Source: Phoronis australis (lineage: Eukaryota; Animalia; Phoronida). Taken from it: a DNA stretch of 64,000 bases. The position numbers were made by a program, and so were the translations under genes. The stretch lies in the NCBI GenBank assembly GCA_002633005.1, contig NMRA01000682.1:144148-208147 (forward strand), read 5' to 3'. A model generated the notes under the pieces. The model was not told the DNA's origin, made no database searches, and saw only the letters and a list, made by a program, of their open reading frames with translations. Numbering within the stretch: position 1 is the first letter of the stretch; every line of letters begins with the position of its first letter. Positions 24,692 through 35,793 of the stretch are shown piece after piece.

Positions 24692-27269
24692 CACATACCA
24701 AATGGGAAATGATCAACATGAAAATCAAGGAGCACACAGTGCTTTTTTAAAAACAAAAAGGACAACTCATAATAACAGAGAAGAACTCACTAGTTTGGTA
24801 AATAATTTGACAGTTGAATTACAAACGGGTAACTCAAACAATGAACCTATGGAAGACTTGAACGGAGCCAGAGCAGAATTACAATTATTGCAGACCCAAC
24901 AAGTAAAAGGAGAGATGATCAGAAGTCGAACTCAATGGATACAAAATGCAGAAAGTAACTCAAAATATTTTTCTAACTTAGAAGAAATAAACAACAAGAA
25001 AAATTTATTACAGAGCTTAGAAATAATAATGGACGATTAATTAGATGTCAGGGCTTAATAAGAAGGAAATTTATGATTATTTCTCCAAGTTGTATAGCAA
25101 TTTGGGAACAAACTTAAATTTTCTCAATCTGCTTGAATTGCCTGACACTGTCACTTGTGATGCTAAAGACGACTGCGAATTACAGTCATTAGATTTCTGG
25201 AGACGAATAACATTGTCAAATATTGATTACAATTTGTTTACCAAAGTTATGACGTCAGGTTTAAGTACCTGTACGCAGCAGTTGATACATATTAATCAAA
25301 GTGCTGTTAAAGGGACATTTATTGGTTACAATATAAGAATATTGGAAGATGTTATTGCGTAAACAAACTTTAATAAAGTTCAAGGTCATAGCCTGTTTTT
25401 GGACTTCAAAAAATCGAATGGGAATTTATACATAAGCTTTTGCATGCCTTTAATTTTGGACCCATTTTAAAAAATTTCTTAACATTCTCTATAACAACCT
25501 CATTCCATGTGTGACTAACAATGGCCTGTCCACTAACTACATGTATGTTAAGCTTAAAAGAGGTGTCATGCAAGGAGACTCATTATCAGATTAGTTATTT
25601 TGTTTATGTGTCGAAGTAATAAAGAATTGTATTAGAAATAATAATTTAATTAGAGGTATTAATATTGAAGGAAGTGGATTTAATGTATTGCAGTACGCTG
25701 ACGAAAGAACACTTTTACTCCAAGAACAGACATCGGGTTTCAATTTATTAGACTTCCTTCAAAGTGTTGTGGTAGTGTCTGGGTTAAAGTTCAATGCAAA
25801 TATGTATGATGGCCTTCATCTTGGCAAGTATATGGAATGCAAGGACATTTTGTATAACTTTAAATGGTCTGGAAAGCCAATCAAATGTTTAGGCAAATAT
25901 TTTGGACACAATAAGGAAATAAAAACAATGCCTGTTATTGTGATGACAAAATTAAAACTTTTCAAAAAATATCACACATACATGTATGAAAAAGGGGAAA
26001 TATTCCTTTACTTTGGAGAATTGAGGTGATAATAATGCATGTTATGAATACCTTAGATATGCCTGCTAACAAAATACAGAATATAAATAATATTATCCAG
26101 GGTTTCAACTGGCTAAATAGATCCCCATGAGTTAGAAGAGATATTGCTGTGAATAGTAGGGAAAGAGGGGGCTTAGCTGTTCTGGATGTCAACATTTGGT
26201 ATAAGTCCTTGTTATTTAAATGGAATAAACGTTTTTAGAAGGAACAAAGTAAAGAATGGGATATATATCACCTAAATATGTCTAAAGAAAGTACCGTGGT
26301 TGTTTAATCTTAAAATCCAATTATGCTTATAAAAAGAAACTCATAGAAATTATCAGTTTATTGCACTCTGATATGTTATGGTCCTGGCAGAATATAACAG
26401 ACTACTTACATAAGAATTTTGGTTTGAAAAATCGAGTTGTATGGAATAACAAAAATATTTTGATAAATGGAAAAACCGTGTTCTACATCAGCTACTACAA
26501 TCCTGGAATTACTTTTATTTAGGACTTCCATGTATCGATAATAAATAGATATCTTTGGAGGTTTTGAAGGAAATGTACATGTATAAGCTAAGCAATTGGA
26601 TAAAGTTCGAAGCTCTGGCCAAGGCAATGAAAATTTCAGATAGTCCGGTTAATGATAGAGCTAGCAGCATGCATGACATTACACCGTATCAGATTGTTAC
26701 GCGATGAACAATAGATGTATTACTTTCCATAGAGATATAAGTTCCTGATGCGGAACACAGTTTTTTAGCATTTTTGCCGACAAGCAAATTAAATAGATAT
26801 ATGTTGTGCCTTTTAAACTGTTGCTCCAACCTCATTTAAAAGTTTTTAAGTAATATCACATTCATAAAAAAGTTTACACAAACTATACTTTAAAAAAAGA
26901 TTGAAAAAATCAAAAACGACAAATGCTAATTTTGTGGACTAAACAGAAACTTTTAATCCCGTTTTTTGGATTGTGAGCATGTACTTTCGTTTTAGTATGA
27001 ATTGCCAACTTGGATTTCAAACCTTATTGGAGGTAACATTTACTGAGTGAAAAGCGTGTCCAGCTATTTGCATATTTTGGGGATCAATGTTTTGACATAA
27101 ATCTTTTATTAACTTTGGCTCAGTAGTTAATATACACTTGTTCCAAGTCTTCGTGTATTACTGTACTGATTGTTCCCATTTTTTGACATTGAAAGGACAT
27201 GGAAAAGTATATAATCTTGAGAATCAACCCCCGACTTAGAAGGATTTTTGAAAACCTTATACATTCAGT

Positions 27270-28020
27270 ATAAATTGGAGAAGAGCTGAAATGTGCGAAT
27301 GTGGGAGTGAATGTGTTTTTGTTTGCGCGGTTTTTTCTTTCCATTCTTCTCTATTCCATTGTTAATTTGGGTTTCTACAAATAAACTTATCAAAACATAG
27401 AGTAATTTAAGATTTGTGTCTTTAGGGAACGAAGAATTTGAGCTATAGACAGTTCTCCACCATTCACCTAACAGTTCTCTACTAGGACAATCTCCCGACT
27501 TATTCTGAACTTTCTTTTTTGTGTTAGCAAGTAACAAACATTGCGTGAAAGTACACTGCAAGTGATTTGTAGAAATTAAAATTTTCTTCCAGGCCCTCTA
27601 GTCAATCTTCTGAAACACGAAATTTTAAAGGATTTAATGAATGACTTCAGATGAACCATTTTGCACACTCCCAGCGAAGAAAAGTTTATGTTCATTAAAT
27701 TTAGTTTAGTTGTTTTCTCCGGCTGGGATCGAAAAATTTCCGCTTGATTAGCCGCAGCCACAATCTTTTTAAGTGGATTCTTCTCCCCAGTGGGAAATGT
27801 ATGGAACACGATTTCCTTGTTCATCCATTGATATTTCAAAAGCCTCCCTTTCTTGCATGAGGCCATAGTATACCCCACCACACAGCAGAAAAAATTGGAA
27901 AGGTTTTATGAAATACTGTTTATATCAAGTTGAAAGCTCCCCGTTCGCATTACATGGGTTCTGTAGGTGGCGCTGAACGCCTGTCCATCAAAGACCTGAT
28001 TGCCGTCTAGCGCGGCTATT
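27270..28020 (-). mobile_element. THAP-domain DNA transposon remnant (second family)
   Basis: FCCVVGY...IVFHTFPTGEKNP, then LWLRLIKRKFFDP after a frameshift: the THAP C-x-V-x-G...F..FP...W pattern. Confidence 0.55.
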
Positions 28021-28504
28021 TCACAAAATCAGCTATTTGATCTTGTTCCATTTAGCCCTGTCTCGGCTTTGGCTAATTTTCGGCTACGATTTAAGTGGTG
28101 TACAGATTGGCTCAGCATCGTTAGAGAATCCACGAAATTGCTTTGTTAACTCTTTTTATTCCATCTTTTCAGTATCATATTCCAATTATCTAGAATTAGC
28201 TAAAACAGAAGGTCTTGGATAGCATGATTCAGAATACTTAATTAAAATAATGCGATATATGCAGCTTCCGATTCTTAAATTTCCTGAATTAGCCAATGAA
28301 AGCATAAAGCCTTCGGCGATTAGACTCTTAGTTTTTGCCAAGTTAGACCATAAAATGAGTCTCAGGTATATTTGCGTTTTCACGCCCACAATTACATTAA
28401 ATTTCTTACATGAGTGAAGATCAATGGCGTGCCATGCACTGCGGTGGCCATTTTGGTAACACGCTTTCAACATTTAAATTTTTCCCATACTCATTTTGAT
28501 GTCG

Positions 28505-28510
28505 TTTATT
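28505..28510 (-). promoter_or_regulatory. candidate polyadenylation signal of the ZP gene
   Basis: AATAAA on the minus strand about 205 nt downstream of the stop codon. Confidence 0.4.
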
Positions 28511-28715
28511 TGAGAACTGTAGTTAAAAGAGTATCGTTTGCGAGTACGCTTGGACTAAAGTGGCTTACGTTACAATACGCTTTGTGATTTATAATTATAA
28601 CGTAGTGCAAAGAATTCCTTTGTTAAGCAAATACGCAAGTGTCAAAATGACATTCCAGTTACGTTCACGTTGGAAAAGAGAGAACACTTAGTATTCAAGA
28701 ACGTCATTAAAGCTT

Positions 28716-28903
28716 TTAGGTGTAAACTGGGTTGTCTTTTCCAGTCAAAATGTCCTGCTTCTTCGCCTGTGCTCCAAAGTAGGCAGCGACGCCAATGGCT
28801 ATCACGAGAAGTACCGCAAGAACAACGACAACCACGTAAAAAACAGTGTTGCTGGTATACCCAGCACAAAGAGGTTGCAGGTCTGTCTTGCTCTCGTTGT
28901 TTT
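28716..28903 (-). CDS. ZP-domain protein terminal exon (transmembrane helix and cytoplasmic tail)
   Basis: Acceptor atttcag, phase 1. Encodes NNESKTDLQPLCAGYTSNTVFYVVVVVLAVLLVIAIGVAAYFGAQAKKQDILTGKDNPVYT followed by TAA at 28716-28718; about 24 hydrophobic residues followed by KK. Confidence 0.88.
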
Positions 28904-31430
28904 CTGAAATATACTTGCAGATTAGGCGAAAAATATTTTTTTTTTAAAGCAATATTAACACCGACATGAAATTGACCTCAAGATGTGCCTTAAATCAAAG
29001 CATGTACATGTATGATATCTGCTTGGAAAGAACTAATAGTTCGCTATTTCTTCAGCCTAAGTTTATAAAAGTGTAGTCCTTCCCGAGCTCACAAATGCAA
29101 CCTAAGGAACAAAGTAAGACTATATCTAAACTTTGGGTTTGATGTCTCTTTAAATTCTCCCCAAAACAAGCACACACGCAAGCATACGTATACGCACGTA
29201 CAACCATGAGCTTCTGCATAGAATTCGATTGCATGCGTATAGTATGCGCTAGTGTACATTTTCATGTACATGTACATTATAGAGTGGGAGTGAAAGAATG
29301 ACTGTGAAAGAGAGAGTTAGTTTCCAAACAAATCTTTTAGTAATTAAATCTTCTGTCGCAATTGAGCAGTCAATTTCATGCCGTCCGATCCAACTGTATA
29401 TCGGAAAAATTACATGATCACTTTTCAGACACCTGTTCAGAGTTGACATGCTGTCCTGTCAGAAGCCATAACCTCCGCCATGAACGCTCGTCAAACATTG
29501 TAACAAACTAAAGCGCCGAACACAAACAGACTTAAACTAGAACAAGTTACTCTTTGAACGAGTGTCGCTAGGTTTGGGGATTGTCTGGACGCAATTTGCC
29601 CCACTTGTGACAACTTATTCCACCTTAATTATTGTAGGGTAACTTGCGTCACTTATTATCCCTGCAGCCGCAAACATAGTGCAAGTAATTAACAGTTGCG
29701 GTTATTTAAATATAGGCTATTTTTCGAGACGTATTCGCATCTTCTGTCCATTTTATACACAGGGAGCCAACTTCCGACTTGCGCTAGTTATGGGATATAT
29801 GTGTTTGTGTGTGTGTGGACGCTTCGCTTAAAACGGGGTAAGTTGCAAAGAGTGTTGACGGGACTTTAAACACTATCTTTAAGGGTAACACTTGTGAAGT
29901 TGGCACCTACAGTATGTTAAGATCATCGCTCTGAGTCCACTAGTACAACAAATTGCCAAATTTAAAGAGCTGTTAGGCGTGTTGGTTTGCTTTGTCTACG
30001 TCACCGCGAGAATCACCTTTTAATGTAAACATCTGCGATTACCACCCTCACCCAGTAGTGGTCTATTCAGACCCCTATTTAATAAAACTGTTATCGAAAT
30101 TTTGTTGTTTGTGCTGGGATCTCGCGGTGACGCAACATTGCACGAAAGGGCAGCTTCACCTATCATTTGACGGGCTTATATTTGCGTGATTGAAGTCGCG
30201 TCTTCTTATTTTACTAAGGTTTTGCTAGGACTATCAGGTTAGCTGAATACATCTAAAATAACAAAATTCCGTTGAAGTTTCGCTTTAACTCAACCTCATC
30301 CAGATACAGTGGGGAAACTTGTTCTAGGGGATGGCTGTGTGGCTGCAAACGACGGGCAAGGCAGAATCAATTATCAGGTGCGTTAACGTGCAGACGGTTC
30401 ATCTTTTTTCGCGCCGTATTCGCATCAGGCGTTCATTGTCATGCACAGAACGACAATGCTAGTTCAAGTGAGGCAAGTTGACTAGTACAAATTGTTGGGT
30501 ATCGATATCACTGGACGTATTTTGTGCCATACCATGCCTCTTAGGCCGTTTCTATCTACAGTGTACAAATGCAAGCAACCATAGGGCAGACAATCGACCT
30601 CCCTGGAAGACATCAAGAGCGATAAGTGTTTCTTTCTCGCGTATAGACGTATTTCCACACGATCTTCCGCCTTTTCCTAGTGTGGTAAAAACATATGTAC
30701 TCTACAAAGGATCAATTTCCACATGTAGTATATCACTTTTCTGAGTGATTTTGTGTCATAAAAGAAAAAACGCTGGAATGAAAGGCATTTTCACCAGTTA
30801 CACAGCTCGACTCGGGTTGAACAAGTAACGAAAATAGCTACATGTAACTAGTAAATGCTTTTCAATTATGATTTTTACATTTTCACGTAGACACAAGTTA
30901 CATGTATATTTATTCAGTAGGTCACACTGATGTAACAACATTTTATGGTTTCCGAAACCATAAACTAGCCAAAAATTCCGACGGGGCAGTTTTCTGTGAA
31001 AAAGTTACAGTTTTTGAAAAAATATATTTTAGGTGTTGATCATTCCACCTATGAGTAAAACTAAGGTATACTTCAAAAAACTCCGTGACACATCATCTTA
31101 CCCCATCTGCCAGACTTTCTCATGCAGTGACTCTAACACAGACGAAAAAAGTCCAGCTGCTCAAACGACGCGTTTTTCCGTTAGAAGAGAGCTAGCGTTG
31201 AACTGAGGTGGCAGGGTTGGTATTCAGTCGTGAACAATAACGTGCGTCTGATAAGGGACGGGAGAATATGTGTCCGTGAAAGGAAAATAACCAAAGTGCC
31301 TGCAAGAAGAGTTTTGCGTGCGGGCAGGTCAGTGAATGGCGAGAGCCCTTTGGGTAGTTAACAATTCACGAGCTTGTGTGGGTTTGAAATTTTCCATTTT
31401 TACATTATTCGACCTATGAAAGGTACTCAC

Positions 31431-31518
31431 CCTTCTTGACAGACACGGTGAAATTGGCGTGGGCAAAAATGACACTTCCTTGCCGAACGTCACGCCTTCT
31501 TCGTTTCAGCGAGCAGGT
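31431..31518 (-). CDS. ZP-domain protein exon (furin cleavage site and external hydrophobic patch)
   Basis: Acceptor attttag, donor gtgagt; 88 nt, phase 0 to 1. Encodes TCSLKRRRRDVRQGSVIFAHANFTVSVKK(E): a polybasic site right after the last ZP cysteine, as is typical of ZP proteins. Confidence 0.88.
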
Positions 31519-31903
31519 CTAAAATACGTTTGGAACACGTTAAACCAGGTTCACAATCAAGGTGATAAACGAGATCAGATTGTCTTTAATGTAAAGAATA
31601 GATTTCTGATGACATATGTGAGTAAACAGTTTCACCTCCTGGTCTTCCACTTTCCAACAGAGCCCGCTCCATTCCTGTCTCAACTTAGATTTACAATCAA
31701 TGGCTACATTTGCACTTCTTTCTTAAAGAACCGTTTATGGATTTTTGATATATTTTTATAATTTGTCGTTGCCGACACTTTTCCATAATTGTCTCTTTGA
31801 GGCTTTCCGCTTTGTCTTAACTAAAAAAGTTCATGTAGCTCGAATTTGTTTGAGCAAGTTTTGTTCATGGTTGATCATGTTTCACTACATCTAGATAAAA
31901 CTG

Positions 31904-32197
31904 CAGGGTGTCCCAAATTGTTCTCACACTTTAAATAACAATAAGGGTGTTGTTTATTGAGTTATGAACATAATTGTTTGCAAAAACTGACAAGATGTGG
32001 TGAAACAGAGAATTAAAGTTCGTAAACAAAAAAATGCATTGCTCATTATCTTGGATGAATGACGTAACAGTAGCATTGCGCATACCTTTCAGCAAGGTGT
32101 AACCATGCAGTAGGCTGGAGGCAGAGGGTGACCAACGAAAGTTGAATTTTTAACCCCTGACGTTGTCTTGGAGTGTGAACATATTTTGGGACACCGT
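31904..32197. mobile_element. Tc1/mariner-type MITE in a ZP gene intron
   Basis: Imperfect terminal inverted repeats cagggtgtcccaaa...cacact and agtgtga...tttgggacacc. Confidence 0.6.
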
Positions 32198-32801
32198 TAA
32201 ACACCATGAACTAAACTGACGAAATGATGGGCCAGCTGGCGTCATTCAGACAAAACCAAAAACATAGTCACGTGGGTGAAAAGGGCACTTGCAAGCTAGA
32301 TTTCCCTTAGTATATCGGCCGACAACGTTTGTCTCCCCCCAAACATAGTGAATTAACAAAATTTTCTCCTAAACCTTCTAAGAATCATAAAGCAACAAAG
32401 AGCATATTTGGTTCTGGTCTGCATCCCGACTATTTTTAAACCTACATCTTGCCAGGATAAACATTGTTTTTGGTCAAGTTCTCATTTTTACAAAAGGCAC
32501 ACAAACGCATGGGTGAAGCCAGTTTTCAACCGATGACGCTGGGCCTACGCTTTCATATACTGTCGGTACGTTATAACTTCAGAATGACAAGCGTCAGCGC
32601 CGCCCGCGCCACGGTCGTCTCCAGCTCTAACAATTGCCACGACGCTGCCCCTGAAGCTGGTTAAGCCGATATGAGGACTCGTGCAGCAAAAATACAGCAT
32701 AACCGCACCAAAACGATACGAACCAGAATCAACAAAACTCTGTTTTTGATATGGAGCAATGTTAATGACAGCAGCGTAATTGTAAATAAAACCGTCCATA
32801 C

Positions 32802-32994
32802 CACTGGCTCGCAGTTCGCGTCACCTGCAGTCACACATATCGCCAATTCGACCTCCACCGTTACAGTTGCGGACAATGGGGGGGCAAACATGACCATCTT
32901 CACTGCAGTTGAGTCGATGATAACAGTGTTAACAGATTTTGTACCTTTTTGCTGAGCGGTGTTTTTAGCAGATGTTTCTTCACCAGTCGTACAG
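32802..32994 (-). CDS. ZP-domain protein exon (end of ZP-C)
   Basis: Acceptor atatttag, donor gtatgg; 193 nt, phase 2 to 0. Encodes CTTGEETSAKNTAQQKGTKSVNTVIIDSTAVKMVMFAPPLSATVTVEVELAICVTAGDANCEPV. Confidence 0.85.
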
Positions 32995-33257
32995 CTAAAT
33001 ATTGACACGAAAGTGTTTTTAATCGATAATTGCGGAGACCATGAAATCAAAAACAAACATTTTATCAGTCACAAAATCTAAAGTTGCTGCTAGTAAACCA
33101 CTATGAGGCCTATTTGAGTAGCCTATTGATGCAAACAAGAGGACAAAAACAGTGGGTTTGACATCATCAACAGTTCTTGTTGCCTACTGCACCATCATGC
33201 AGTCATCCTGAAACTCTTCAAATAGGAATATACGGGTAAAGTTGTTTGGAAGTATTT

Positions 33258-33378
33258 GCGTCACATCACGTAAGCTAATGAACATCCGTCTGAAAAGATT
33301 TCTGCCCCTAATGGAACTCGAACCCGGGAAATTTGCTAACCATGCAGACCCCATTTCCTCTGGGCCATCGCGACCAAT
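33258..33378 (-). mobile_element. tRNA-headed SINE fragment, same body as 45980-46125
   Basis: A-box-like TGGCCCAGAGG and B box GGTTCGAGTTCC, then ggggcagaaatctttt...ttcattag.ttacgtgatgtgac. Confidence 0.65.
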
Positions 33379-35253
33379 GGTCGAACACAGAAACTCAATC
33401 TGACTTAGAAGTGGGCAACACGTCCATAGCGTCGTGAATGTACAGTATGTAAATATGTAAATCTTGACCTGGCATGGAAATATAGATTGTCAACATGTAG
33501 AACGAGAGCGTCAGTATAACTGTTAGATGATTTTCTTTTTTCTGCTGGTACGGCAATAGAGATTACTTAGACAGTTAACCTATTGTTTTCATTTCTGTTT
33601 TGATTTTCCATTTTCTTTTAGGCAACCTTAGCGATGGTTTGAAATTAAGATTTAGCTTAAAATCACATGTTTTTTAAAAACTATTTAAAATCATTTTAGT
33701 TTTAAACCACCTTGAAAAAAGAAGAGGTTTTCTAAAATACGATCGTTCGTGGACGTTAGCAGCAGCGTGAACTATTAACGTAGTAAGTGCGAGCGCACAA
33801 TAAGTTCGTGGATGAGATGCCTTTTAGAACGCTCGTTTCTTTAAACCACTGTACTTCTTACTGATGACACATCCTATCTAATTTCACAAATACCGGGTGC
33901 ATGCAAATTTGGATTACTTATTCCTGATTTTAAAAAAAATCACTGAATGAAAAGGAGACACGACGTGTTTAGCGCAAAAAGGATGAGAAAGACCTTCAAA
34001 GACCGTTGCACAAAATATAAATTATTTTAACAATAAACTAATGGATCATAACAGACAATGCAGCTGAAAATTGGTTTAAAAGGCAAACATGGACTGAACA
34101 CCCAAAAATTAGCATAATGAGCCGAAATGGACATAGCAGGTCAAAATGCATATGATGGGTCAGGATCCCGGAGCTATTATGTCCATTCCAATATAATTGA
34201 GAGGAGCGGTATCAATAGCCGTAACTTCTACTGATTCAGCAAAATATGATTTTTTTATTTTTACTTAGATTAATAGTATAGATTAAATGCTGAAAATGGG
34301 TTGGTAGGGCAAAAATGTGCCTACATAATGTGTCAAAATGGACATACTGGGTAAAAAAAGATCATTGCTATTTTATCTTGAAATTGGAATCCCTTTGACC
34401 CAACTGCTGTGGCGACGGCTATCTAATCCCTGTAACAACACGTCATGGGCCTGATTTGAAACAGTAACGCTCTGTCTGTTCGTCGCAGGCCTAAACATCC
34501 TTCCTAATCTGGGTCACGCACAACATGAAGTCCATTGCGTACAGTAAGTGATCTAGACAAAAGTTGTTTTGAAGTAAAACCCGGGTTTATTGCCCATTTA
34601 ATATTCTCTGACGAAGTACGACATGAGACCAAAGACTGGCATGCGCAAAACGTGTGCACCACATTTTTAGTACATGTATAACGCCTGCGCACCATTCTAC
34701 AAGCAAAGTTAATGCTTCCTTGCTTCTTGTGATACCACCCAAACTGGTTCTCGGACCCCTCCTGGTGCACAATTAGTTTGATTTCATGAGAGTATGTGTT
34801 AACTGTATGGTGTAATATGCAGTGAGTATATGCCTTTGTATCCCATGTCGGTGGATTCCCCCGAAGGAGTGGGTTGATAGGTACGTGCAGCCAATGAATT
34901 CGGATGTGCATTTTCATTCTCAAGAAGCGTCCTAAGTATTTGGTTGGCTTTGTGGGATTCATGTAGGTATTCCATAAGCGTAAGTTAAGGAAGCAAAAAC
35001 AGAAGCCAAGGCCTAACACAAGTCATCACATCATATCTCCATGCTTTTAAAGCGAACAATATGTGATCACACTAGCTTTTCTCGCGAGTCTACTGGATGT
35101 AGGGATCTCAGCCTATATTGGATGTCTGACCATAGTTAAGTATAGGCAGAAAAGAATACACTTTCGGTAACCACAGGTCCATTCAACTAACGTCAGACGT
35201 TAGCCGGTCTTATTTCTTTGTTTTATTTTCCGTAATTTTAATTTACGTCTTAC

Positions 35254-35341
35254 CTTGACTTAATCACCTGAAGGCTCTTTGTTGCACCTGATTTGTACCA
35301 GGCATTAACGATTTTTGCCAGTCCAGCATAGGTCCCTGCGG
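35254..35341 (-). CDS. ZP-domain protein exon (ZP-C)
   Basis: Acceptor tcttgtag, donor gtaaga; 88 nt, phase 1 to 2, bridging the flanking exons exactly. Encodes (A)AGTYAGLAKIVNAWYKSGATKSLQVIKS(S), aligning to the ZP-C 'v..CwA...lI..GC' segment. Confidence 0.8.
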
Positions 35342-35793
35342 CTACAAGATCAAATTTATTAATAGACAACATGACTACACATTGAAATAGTATGGATTAC
35401 GAATACAAATCAACAGTTACATACACGAATAATGTTTTTTTTTGAAAACAAGGTGATGGTTTTCCGTGACCAATCGAACCGAAAATGTTGTCCGGTTTCC
35501 TGGCACGCGTTTCCAAGACGCAAGACTGCAGAAGTTAAGATGACCACGTGCTTCGGTGGTATACCCTGGCAATATCCGCACAGAGAGTCCTACAAACTGG
35601 AACTGAACAGTAGTATGATGGACAGGGTGTACAAGATTTGTGGAATCCAGAAAGAGTTTCAGAATTATATCAAGGATTTGTCTGTAATAGTACAGAAACT
35701 TCAGTTTCCAGCTACTCTGATTGTTAAACTACATACTGATTATCTTTGTGGGTTGACACACCACACAATGGAGGGGGTGGTTTATCCGTTTAA

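Larger units (their letters stand above)
22870..27215 (+). mobile_element. L1/Tx1-type LINE, near full length, decayed (ORF1; APE-RT ORF2)
   Basis: ORF1 coiled coil plus SRRNSIRTHGV and DRAHR. APE motifs LQETY, SHGSQHSRGVAIL, NIYCPN, DYN. RT motifs WRRITLSNIDY, RGVMQGDSLS, QYADE. GGL motif and a C-terminal Cys/His remnant near 26930-26990. Many stops and frameshifts. Confidence 0.9.

Noticed and set aside
34504-35019. 171-aa minus-strand ORF
   Set aside because: No recognisable domain or splice signals; probably decayed retroelement sequence, like the weak RT-like fragment at about 35540-35780.
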